The position numbers were made by a program, and so were the translations under genes. This document shows, piece by piece, positions 19,410-29,500 of a stretch of DNA of 38,915 nucleotides. The notes under the pieces are model-generated. The model saw only the letters and a program-made list of their open reading frames with translations. It was not told the DNA's origin and made no database searches. Position 1 is the stretch's first letter. Each line of letters starts with the position of its first letter. This DNA comes from Trichomonas gallinae. Its lineage: Eukaryota. The stretch spans positions 1-38,915 of the forward strand of contig MRSU01010306.1 in NCBI GenBank assembly GCA_008369845.1. Direction: 5' to 3'.

Positions 19410-22400
19410 TTACTGTGGAGGAACTACTGGTGGTGTGATTATTGGTGGCGTAAAGACTGGTGGTGTTGTTGGAGGAGAAACCTTAGGTGGTGGAGTGATG
19501 ACTGGTGGTTGGAATCCTCCAGGAACAGCTGGAATTGAAGGAGCCTGAACATGAGGAATCTGTGGAACTTGTGGTGCCTGTATCCTAGGAAGCTGTGGAG
19601 GTTGTTGTGGGACGACTGGTGGTGTGACAACTGGTGAACTTTGCTTCTTGTCTTTCTTTGGCTTGTCGTCATCATCGGAGTAATAGTAGTAGTCTGAATC
19701 CGAGTAGTATTCATAATCATCGTCCTTCTTCTTCTTTTCTTCCTTAGGTGCATTGGCTGGTGGTGGAATGACTGGTGTGCCCATTCCAGTTGGCATCATT
19801 GTAGACAAAGGTGGTGTAGAGATAACAGGGACTTCTGGCTCCTTTTGCTGTGGTGGTGGAGTAGCTATTACTGGAATCGGGATGTTTGGAAGTTGGATGT
19901 TTGTATCCATGTCGTTTTTGAGTCCAGTGTTGATGGCAGGTGGAAGTGTTGGCTGTGCTGGAGGTGGTGTGATTACTGGAATCTGTGGCAATGAGATGTT
20001 CCTGTCTGGGCTGTTTATCTCTGTCTTGAGCGGAGGTGGAACTTTCTGTTTCTTGTCATCTTCGTCATCGCTGTAGTAGCTGTAGCTCGAATAGTCTTCT
20101 TCTTTCTTCTTGGCATCGACAACTGGTGGAGCAGGAACAGCCATCGGTCCTAGTGTGCTGTTGAGCGCTGGAAAATTGAAAATTGCTGGTGCCTGAGGTG
20201 GAGTAGATTGCTGTGGTGGTGGATTCTCTGCCTTCTTGCCAACAGGAACAATCGGAATCGCGAGACTGTTAAGGTTGTTATATTGTGGCTGTTGTTGTTG
20301 TGGCTCTGGCTTCTGGATCTGTGTTGAAAGAGGTGGCGGCATGAAGTAAGAAGCATCTTGTTGTTGTGATGGTGGAGTAGGAAGAGCAGGCATCTTGAAG
20401 CCATCATCGTCGAGTCCGTTTTTGGCTGTGCTTGGTTGTGGAGCGAATTTGACTGTCGGCTGGTTTTCGTTCGATTCCAATTTAGGCTGTGGCTCGGCAT
20501 GATAGCTGTTGGTTTCGCTGTTTGGATCTTTGCTTAAGACGCTTTTTGTTGGAACAATCTTCGATGTATTGAAATTCTCTAAAGTCCTTCCGATCAAGTT
20601 GTCGTCTGAGTGGAAGAACTTCAAGTCGATTTCTTCGTCATCAGACTGATCGAACAAGTCATCGTTCTGCTTAGGAAGCTTGTTTCCGTTGATAGCTCCT
20701 GAAATCTGAGCATCGAGCATATAAGGAGCGACAGGATAAGCAGGAGGAAGATTCAATTCGCCTTCGCGGTATTCTCCGTGCAGCATCTTTGTCTCGACAT
20801 TGGAAATCGCCTTCAAGTTTGCAAGTGTTTCTTCCTCGCAGTCTTTCTGGATGCACTTATCTTCTCTGATCTTCTTAAGAAGCAAAACGTAGTCTTCGTT
20901 TAATGCTGATGAAACAGACTTCTTCATTGACTTCTGAGTAAGATATTTGACAGAAACAACCTTCTTCGCCTGTTGAGTCATTTGGTTGTTCGCGATGACA
21001 AACCTTGGTCCCATTGTTTCGTTTGGATCCATAAGATTCTCTGTGTGCAAAGCTCTCAGCTCTTTCTTGAAGAACTCGAGTTCAGCTGGGTTGATGACTT
21101 CCGCTGGTTTTTCAGCTGGAATGTTGCACTCAAGGTCTGTCTCTTCATCAGCGAGCTGAGCAAGCATGTCTGTAAGTCTGTCGACGTCAACGATCATCGA
21201 TGCTGTGTCTTTGTTGATCATATTCATGTGCGAGTGGACAAACTCTTCGCGGATTTCTTCAGAGTGCTTGACTTCGACGATCTTCCTTTGAACGTTGAAC
21301 TGCTCAGTGCCGAAGTATCTTCGCATGATGGCAGGAATCGTGATCTCGGAAGGTCCCTCGAATTTAGGCGGAGAGAAAGGTGAAGTCATAGAAGCGGTTT
21401 GTCTTGTAACAAATTTGTCGCATGAAAGGAATTCTTCGTCATACAATGAGCGCTGGTCTGAATTCGTGTTGTGCCAGTTGTGGTGGAAGTAGTGGGTGTC
21501 GATTTTCTCGCCCCAGAGAGGAATTGGGAATCTGGCAAGGAAGTCTTGGAACTCGGTGAATGGCTTGTTTCGTCTGTAGAACTCAGCGCGAATGAATGGT
21601 GTCGAAATTAAGTTTTTGGCGAAAACGACTTCCCACCATGCCTGGCATTTATCTGAGCCGAAATCGCTGACGATTGCATCAAGTTTGCTGTAGAGTCTCT
21701 TGTAGTCTGCGAGTGGGAACCATATTGCGTTAATATTCAACGGTTGGAATAATTTCTTGTAGAATCCCAAAAAGTTGTGCTTTCCGAGGTTCTCTGTGCC
21801 ATCCATCTTGATTTCGTGCAGCATCTTGAGTAGTTCTAAATGTTTGTGAAGATTAAGTGTTGCATTGTCTGAAACGTTGTGATATGCGACATCTAAGTAT
21901 TCCATTGATTTCATGTTGCGGAGGGCGAAGATCACATCAGTAATCTTGTCTCCAATCTTTGCCTGTTCGCCACCTTCAATTGCAAAACCGTATAAATCGA
22001 TTTTTTCGAGTTGCTTGATGATATAATAAAGCTGAGCCAATGAAGCATCATCTGCGGTGAAGATGTTAGAGAGGTCAATGAATTTCAATGTCGGAGAAAC
22101 AAAAATTTCGCAGAATGTTTTTTCGAATTCCGGTGCGAACTTGTTTCCGCTGAAATTAAGCTCAGTGATGTTGTCGATACCTTTTAATGCGATAGAGTCG
22201 CGGTAAAAGGCCTGCCAATCGACTGTTTTCATTTGCAATGTCGAAAGATTAACAGAAAGCTTCTTCCCGTGCTCTTTGATTGATCTGATTAAAGACATCA
22301 AGCTTGTGCATGAAAAGATGCAGAATCCACAATCCAATTGGACCAATCCTGGTGGTAATTGGAGAAATCCGTCCATTTCCATGAAAGATTGGTGAGAAAT

Positions 22401-23558
22401 GCAGAGATGACGCAATGTTTGGCACTGTGTGATAAGATATGGAACACCGAGTGCGACTTTGCGGTGTGTGACTGTTGATGACCATCCGCAAACAGATAAA
22501 TGCGTTAATTTTGCAAGATTCTTGCAAGCGTTGTCAATTGTGTTGTACAAGTCAATACCATTGATTTCGACACTGGTTGAGACGTTTTCGATCACAAGAG
22601 ATTCTAAATTAATGAAACATCTTGAATTCTTCAAATATTCACAGAATGCGCGAGTTATACCTGCAGTGAGCTGAATGTTGCGGATTGTGAGGCTCTGAAT
22701 GACTCCTTGATATGTTGAAAATTGTCCGAAAAATTGAAGGAATTCTGCACCGTTTTCGAAGCAATTTTCGAATGTCCAGGAGACGATTGATGGATCTGAA
22801 TTCTTTGCGAACTCAATAATGTCTGGTTTTAATAATTCCTGGTAATTTCTAAGAGTTACTGTTGTAATTGACTTGGACTTCATGATTATATCTCTCAACA
22901 TGAAGTTTATTGTGTTTGGAGCGAATCCATTGAAGTTAATATAACGAAGATTAGATTCGTGTGAAACAGGAATCGAAACGATATCATAATACTCTGGCTC
23001 TATGATATCATTATCGAATGTAATTGACGTTTTGTTCGTAGCTTCATAGAATAAGTAAATATTTTTGTGATCAGAGTGAGAAGGCATCATATAGCGTGTA
23101 ATTAATGTGTGATAGCGATATAATGACAAGTGCTCTGGTCTTTGACTGATAGAACCAAGTTTTGGCTTAGCTTTTGGATAATCATCGAAATCGATCGTTA
23201 ATGGACAGTTTGAAGCATAGTTAAACTTGTTAAACACACTGATAATTGCTTGTTCGAACTCTTTGATCTTCTCAGATTGAACAGTCAAAATCATTACATC
23301 TGCTGTTAAAACTCTTGCCAATGTTGACATGTATCTTATTCCAGTGAGATCGTGGATTGATAATCTATACTTTAATGTGATTTTGCCAGCGAATTTGATC
23401 TTAAAAATGTAAATAATTGATGTTGTTACAACAATTATGCATGAAACATAGCTATCTTTCGTGGTCAAAATCTCGCCATTGGCCGTGAAAACTATTTCCT
23501 CGAATTTAGAAATGTGCTTCCTTATCGTGGGATTGCTGACTATATCATTGTCAGTCAT
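19410..23558 (-). CDS. CARMIL-like PH + leucine-rich-repeat protein with a long proline-rich C-terminus
   Basis: The track ORF starts at TTG; the first ATG is at 23558 (MTDNDIVSN). The N-terminus is beta-rich and PH-like (IIVVTTSIIYIFK..LSIHDLTGI). RI-type LRRs follow (LRYINFNG, ITELNFSGN, LKFIDLSN, MEYLDVAYHNVSD), then ~350 aa rich in Pro/Gln/Thr. Confidence 0.7.
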   Translation of the reverse strand: MTDNDIVSNPTIRKHISKFEEIVFTANGEILTTKDSYVSCIIVVTTSIIYIFKIKFAGKITLKYRLSIHDLTGIRYMSTLARVLTADVMILTVQSEKIKEFEQAIISVFNKFNYASNCPLTIDFDDYPKAKPKLGSISQRPEHLSLYRYHTLITRYMMPSHSDHKNIYLFYEATNKTSITFDNDIIEPEYYDIVSIPVSHESNLRYINFNGFAPNTINFMLRDIIMKSKSITTVTLRNYQELLKPDIIEFAKNSDPSIVSWTFENCFENGAEFLQFFGQFSTYQGVIQSLTIRNIQLTAGITRAFCEYLKNSRCFINLESLVIENVSTSVEINGIDLYNTIDNACKNLAKLTHLSVCGWSSTVTHRKVALGVPYLITQCQTLRHLCISHQSFMEMDGFLQLPPGLVQLDCGFCIFSCTSLMSLIRSIKEHGKKLSVNLSTLQMKTVDWQAFYRDSIALKGIDNITELNFSGNKFAPEFEKTFCEIFVSPTLKFIDLSNIFTADDASLAQLYYIIKQLEKIDLYGFAIEGGEQAKIGDKITDVIFALRNMKSMEYLDVAYHNVSDNATLNLHKHLELLKMLHEIKMDGTENLGKHNFLGFYKKLFQPLNINAIWFPLADYKRLYSKLDAIVSDFGSDKCQAWWEVVFAKNLISTPFIRAEFYRRNKPFTEFQDFLARFPIPLWGEKIDTHYFHHNWHNTNSDQRSLYDEEFLSCDKFVTRQTASMTSPFSPPKFEGPSEITIPAIMRRYFGTEQFNVQRKIVEVKHSEEIREEFVHSHMNMINKDTASMIVDVDRLTDMLAQLADEETDLECNIPAEKPAEVINPAELEFFKKELRALHTENLMDPNETMGPRFVIANNQMTQQAKKVVSVKYLTQKSMKKSVSSALNEDYVLLLKKIREDKCIQKDCEEETLANLKAISNVETKMLHGEYREGELNLPPAYPVAPYMLDAQISGAINGNKLPKQNDDLFDQSDDEEIDLKFFHSDDNLIGRTLENFNTSKIVPTKSVLSKDPNSETNSYHAEPQPKLESNENQPTVKFAPQPSTAKNGLDDDGFKMPALPTPPSQQQDASYFMPPPLSTQIQKPEPQQQQPQYNNLNSLAIPIVPVGKKAENPPPQQSTPPQAPAIFNFPALNSTLGPMAVPAPPVVDAKKKEEDYSSYSYYSDDEDDKKQKVPPPLKTEINSPDRNISLPQIPVITPPPAQPTLPPAINTGLKNDMDTNIQLPNIPIPVIATPPPQQKEPEVPVISTPPLSTMMPTGMGTPVIPPPANAPKEEKKKKDDDYEYYSDSDYYYYSDDDDKPKKDKKQSSPVVTPPVVPQQPPQLPRIQAPQVPQIPHVQAPSIPAVPGGFQPPVITPPPKVSPPTTPPVFTPPIITPPVVPPQ

Positions 23559-24953
23559 TCCCGTATAAAAAAGTGCCAAACACTGAAAAATTTCAAAAAA
23601 AGGTCTACCTGAAACTAGTGAAAACAACGAAAGTTCTCCCTTAAGAACAAGGATTCGTAATTAAAATGGTTTTCCAAAAATATTATCATTGTCATTGATT
23701 TTCAAAAATCTGTTATTAAGCAATGCAGGCATGGAATTTGCTTTATAAACGCCTATATAGCAATTCTATAATGATGTCTTCCTATGTTTCTCATATGATT
23801 ATATTCTCAATATGAAATTGTTATTTGTTAGAGTCTTGCTTTGAGTGAATATTCACTTCTGCATATTCATAGTTATGATTGTGAAATCGTCAAAGCAATG
23901 ATTACAAATACATTCTTGATTCAATTGTATTTATGTGATTCCATAAAACTAGAATTAAAAATATTACATTATTCCAAAGGATTATGCACCAAGAAGCATG
24001 TTAGTAAATCAAATTAAATCGCCTAATCAATAATATTGAATGCTATTGAGCAAATTGTAAATCTAAAAGGCCTGCAGGGGATTTTATTGGTTTTATGACA
24101 TCAATGCAGAGACAAAATGTGGATTCATGAATGAATTTTATTTTTTTAAGCTGTTGCATCATTTAATTGACTCGTTATAGAATAAATACTGATATTCCAT
24201 AGTTATACTAATTATGGGTGAGTTGTCGCTTATAACAAATTCTCGGTGTTTCTGAGTTGCTTTTATCCATCAGTCGATGTGTATTCAAAGAAAATGAAAT
24301 ATATAAAAGTGCATGCCTTTACAAAGCCTTTTTCATCATCGAAAACTGTCTAGAAAACAATAATCAAAATTTGTTTCTGTCAAAACCTTATAGAATCACC
24401 AAAACAACCAATGCAATAGAATTTCTACATTATAAATAATACTATTTTGATATCCGAGAGATAAATTACAGTAAATTTACAAGTAAAAAAATTGAAAAGA
24501 AATTCCATCTTTTGAATAGAAAGATATGATTATTGGACAGCTCTCATTATATATATCTTTATATGCCAAATATTTTTAAGATTTTGGACAGTGAAATCTT
24601 GAAACGCTTTGTTTCCTTATAATATATAAATGATTATTACAAAGAATTTCGATGAATATTTTTTTGAGAGTGCGAATCCATTCAATTCGATTTATTAATT
24701 TTCGTTCTTTTTGTTATAGAATCAATATTGATTATAAAATAGAAAAATTGGAAAAATTGAATTGGAATAAATATTTATTATCTTATTTAATAGAATAAAA
24801 TTATCATGGTTTCCAATGTTAAAAAATTGAATAAAGTTCAGAAAACTTTGTTTATTGCTTTTCAATGGAATTCTATGGTCTTTTTCATCATTTGTCCTTT
24901 GTAAGTCTTTAAAGACAATATTTCGATATATCTTTCATTGAACTCACAAATAA

Positions 24954-24959
24954 TCATTA
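24954..24959 (+). promoter_or_regulatory. Inr element TCATTA
   Basis: Ends 4 nt before the ATG at 24964. Confidence 0.55.
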
Positions 24960-24963
24960 TTCA

Positions 24964-26163
24964 ATGTTTTGTTATTTATTGGTGCTTGCCAGATCATTAA
25001 CGACATTGACACCTTCATTTAACCTGGAAATATTGGAAGGCAATGCATCACCTACAGAAGAACTTGTCTTTGACATTCGATTAGGGCAGCCAATGTTTGC
25101 AAATGCTCTTCGAGGAGTGTATTACATGTTATTTTACGATCTAGAACCAGGTGATATAGTTAAATATAGCTATACACAGACAGATACTTCTGATTGGAAT
25201 GCGAATACTTGGAAAATAGCAACTGAAGAAGAAAAGCAGAATATATTCATGGCTAGAACACCAATGACATTCAAAGTTAGAACACATAATGCTAGAAAAA
25301 TAAGTGGTCGTGGCGGATATACAATAAAAGAAAGAGTCTGCGATTCTGGCACTATTTTAACTACACAAACACATTTCGATCAAGATAAATTTATAGAAGA
25401 GCATCATTTCGAAAATGCACAAAGATTTTGTGTTTATTTCTTATTTAAATCATGCAAAGCTACGATTACACAGCAAAATAGAGACTTAATGCTGATGGTT
25501 AGAAGTGATGTTGGCAATGGTAATATCAATTTTCATCCAGGAGGAACTCAAACATATACATCTACAACATATCCATTATTACTGACATTTAACTTTACTT
25601 CTCAGACCAAGAATCCTAAAGTTGTCTTTGAAATAAAAGATCCGATGCCAAACAACATACCAGAAGTCAACGTATTCGACTGGGACACGTTATATCGTGA
25701 TCCAACACCAAATCCAACAATATCACCATCTTTTGGCCCAACAATGAAACCAAAACCATCAGCAACAGCAAAACCAAAGTCTTTGCCATGGGATGGCGAA
25801 TGGGATGATCCGCCAAACGTAATAATAAGAGGAAATGATATTCCACAGATCCTTGAAACACATCCACCTTTACAGACTGAATATGTAAAGACAGGATATC
25901 CAAAAGTAAGAGTTGTTGCAACAATATCAACAGGAACAATAATTGTTATTGTTGTCATAGTTTTCACTGTCATCAACTTCTTTAGATCAGCCAAGAAAGT
26001 CAAAACAATCGTGAATGAGTTCTCTAATCCTGATGCTTCCGATTTATCAATTTCAGAATTGGATATTGATTCGACATTATACACTTATACTGCTTCTACT
26101 GTTACTGAAACGGCAGATGAATCTCAATTTGTAATTAATGAGCCTATTTCTCATAGAGAATAA
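24964..26163 (+). CDS. Predicted type I single-pass surface protein (hypothetical)
   Basis: Short signal-like N-terminus MFCYLLVLARS, beta-rich ectodomain, Pro/Thr stalk (DPTPNPTISPSFGPT), TM helix TIIVIVVIVFTVINFF followed by RSAKKVK, and a Ser/Thr/acidic tail. Confidence 0.8.
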   Translation: MFCYLLVLARSLTTLTPSFNLEILEGNASPTEELVFDIRLGQPMFANALRGVYYMLFYDLEPGDIVKYSYTQTDTSDWNANTWKIATEEEKQNIFMARTPMTFKVRTHNARKISGRGGYTIKERVCDSGTILTTQTHFDQDKFIEEHHFENAQRFCVYFLFKSCKATITQQNRDLMLMVRSDVGNGNINFHPGGTQTYTSTTYPLLLTFNFTSQTKNPKVVFEIKDPMPNNIPEVNVFDWDTLYRDPTPNPTISPSFGPTMKPKPSATAKPKSLPWDGEWDDPPNVIIRGNDIPQILETHPPLQTEYVKTGYPKVRVVATISTGTIIVIVVIVFTVINFFRSAKKVKTIVNEFSNPDASDLSISELDIDSTLYTYTASTVTETADESQFVINEPISHRE

Positions 26164-26512
26164 TAAATTTTGTTTGTATTTTTTCTCAAATCATGAATTT
26201 TACTATAATACACACATATATAGATATCCATTCATGTGGTTAGCTATATTATCAATATATAAAGTCTCAAAACTATTTTTATAAATTGGATATACGGATT
26301 TCATGTTTTGTATTGATATTTTGTCTTGATTTTTAGAATTTATAATGAATATGATTTAGATATATATAATAGATGATTTTTGATGAATTATTTTGGCTAG
26401 AAAAAGAAAAAATAAGGCGAAATGAAAAAATTTGTGATTTTATAGATGAAGTTATATATGTAGATTGCAAAAAATCAATAAAAATTGAATAATTTAATTT
26501 TTTAGATAACTG

Positions 26513-26518
26513 TCACTT
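26513..26518 (+). promoter_or_regulatory. Inr element TCACTT
   Basis: 22 nt before the ATG at 26541. Confidence 0.55.
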
Positions 26519-26540
26519 TTCTATAATATTTTTTTGTAGA

Positions 26541-29500
26541 ATGAATTTGGGAGGAAATTTGATATTAAGTCAGCATTTCAAATCATTAAACAAACTCATT
26601 TCTGCAGGAAAATATGATGAGGCTGAGGCTAAATTAGAAGATATATCGAATTCCCTTTCTACGTCGGATTTTGATCCAAAAAACAAAAAAGGAACATTAT
26701 CTTTATTATTAAATAACTGCCTTCCACTTACTTCACACGAAAATCTCAAAATCCGTCTTCATGCGCAGAATGTTTTAAACCATTGGTCTTCGTTAGTTAC
26801 ATCTTTCTTACCGAAAGTGCTTTTAGACACATTTAACAACATCGATGCATCCCAGCTCAAGTCAGAAGCTCATGCAGCTATTTTCACGTTCTTTACACAC
26901 GCTTTGCGTTGTCTTCAACATGATAATCGTCTTGAATACCTAGGAATTCTTCATTCATTGCTAATTTCGTCGAAGCCAGACCTTCTTACTGACATTTCCT
27001 TCAATATTTGGGGCCTTTTACGTGAGACTTTAACAGTTTCCAATATCAATTCGACATTACCAGTATTAATAAATTCACCATTGGCCGAAGAAGTTGCTTT
27101 CCTATGCGAGAAGTCTCCAGATCCGCTTTATAATACAGTATTAGCCAAGGCCAATTTTGATTTTATAAAACAAACTATTCAATTTTGGCCTATTTCGAAA
27201 CCATTCGACTTATCTGTACTTACACCGCGCATTGTAGCTGCTTTTGAAAGCAAAAATTCATCAGATATTTCAACATCAATCGAAATTATTACGCAAATAG
27301 TTCAAAGGATGAACGATTTGAATTCTATAGACTTCCCAGAGCAGTGGACTCAACTAATAAATTGCTGCCAGCAACTTTGGGATTCAACAGCAACAATCGC
27401 TCAAAAAGCTGCTATTATCGATCTTTTTGCTACTGCTTCATTCATTAACAAATCAAATTTAGAGAATTTACTGATTTTCGAAGAAAATATTCCGACTCCA
27501 ATAAAAATATCGATTATTAAGCTTTGTTCTCCATTCATTGCTGACGGCAAGATTCCAAAAGGATTATTCGAATTCATTGAATATCAACTTGCCCAAAGAG
27601 ATCCTCTGATTTTTGTTGCAATTCTCGATTTTCTCGCTGTTTCGTTTAATGATTTGCACAAACTTTCGCCACAAAGGTCACAGTATATCTTAACGCATGC
27701 TCTTACGCCACTTTCTCAATATTTTGTCGAACAAATTTCAATTTTGCATTTATTATGCGCAATCGACTACGAAAATACAGGAGTCAAACTTGACGTCGTT
27801 TCAATTTTGTTAAACTTCCTTAACAACCCTCATCCATCATTAATTCCAGAATTAAAGAAAACTGTTGAGAAATTAAATGTAGATCTTCCATTAACACAGC
27901 TAGATTGGATTGGAAGTGGTGCAATGATCCTCCAAGTTCTCACAAAGTGCGACCCATTCTTCATTTGCGAATTAATCGAAGCTGGATTGATTACTGCCAA
28001 TTCATATCCAGCTGCAATTGAATTAATGCTTAAAAATCTACCGCAAGATAAAACAGTTTCCACGTTGAGCAGGCGTGCACTCTATGTCGCTGTCAAAGCA
28101 CACGCTGAACTAGGAAATGATTACACAATCAAACTCAACAACGTTTTCACTAAAGAGTGGAGAGGTATCATTGACTCGCTCCCTGAGTTGGTCAAAGTCA
28201 TTAACAAGAACTTGAAGCAGACAGCCTTCGGCATGGTTTTGCAGTCATCTCTCCAGTTATTCGTCGAATGCATGATACACGAAAAATTTGTTTTCAATGA
28301 TATAGAGAATTTATATTTAATCGCTACTGATCTTGCACCTGCTTTTTGCAATGAGTGCTGCAAGATTATCATTCATTTACACGCGATGCTCGATGGTTTT
28401 AAGGACATGCTCAATCAGAAACAGCTGAAGAAAATCCAGGAATTATCAACGAAATTCTTCTCACAGATGCTGCCGTTCGATTGGTCTTATTCAATCGTCG
28501 AAGCAGCCCTGCAAGTTTTCGAGAAAAGTGAAGTGTTGAAATTAATTCCCCAGCACGTTTCTGAGGCATGTTTGTCTTCAGTAGAAATCCTCAAATGGGT
28601 GCTTGAAGCAGATCCAAAGCACACACCACTTTCTCCTGTTTTCTTGAGCATCAACAGGCAGAAGCATGAGGATTATTTCAATGAATGTGTCAAAAACATT
28701 CCATTTGGTGAATGGTACTTACCTGAAAACGCTAGTAAAATGATCAAAGATATGAAAGGAATTGTCGTCTACAGCTACGATGTTCTTGATTATGACCACA
28801 GAAAGATCATTGATGAAAATCCAGAATCATTTGACATCAAGACTCCTAATAAACAAAAATCCGACAGTTCACTTGAGATTCCTGTCAAAATCACATTACA
28901 AGGCGAGTTCAAGGGCTATGAGTCACAAGAAGCCATCAAATCAGGAGAAGGCGCTGATTTCTCGTGCCCATTCAATCCATATCCTCATGAGAAGGCCTGC
29001 TCGTTAGTTTCGTTGACAAACTTTTTGTGGTTCTCAACAAGAAGGGTGTCAAAAACAGATTTCAAGACAATCGAGCAGAGCTTGCTTCCATTTGCATGGC
29101 GTCCACGTGTTCCAGCTGCATTCTTGGCTTACGCATTAAGGCACGGAATGCGTGTGAAGACAGCTGAGTGGGCTGCAGGCGTCAGACTCGATGCAAGAAG
29201 TGACTCTGACTTAGTTGCATTTGCAATCTTGACACTTTTAGGTGGCGCAAAAGTCAGTGACGCAGAAAAGCATCTTAGACGTGATATTTCATCACTGTTA
29301 GGTCTTAACTATGATGATGCATGCGAATTCGCAGTCAAAGCTTGTTTGCTTGACAGCGCGAGAAGATTCGCAGCCGATGCGATTATTTTCAGAGAAGCCG
29401 AAAGATTCAGCGAAGCTCCATTCAGTGCATTCTTGATGAGAGACAGGCAAACAATCATATCTAATTTCGACAACATTGTTTCTTTGTTCGCGACACCTTT

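Noticed and set aside
23700..24440. Possible decayed coding sequence, including the 60-aa ORF at 24257
   Set aside because: Non-ATG start, no motif, interrupted frames; not distinguishable from intergenic DNA by eye.
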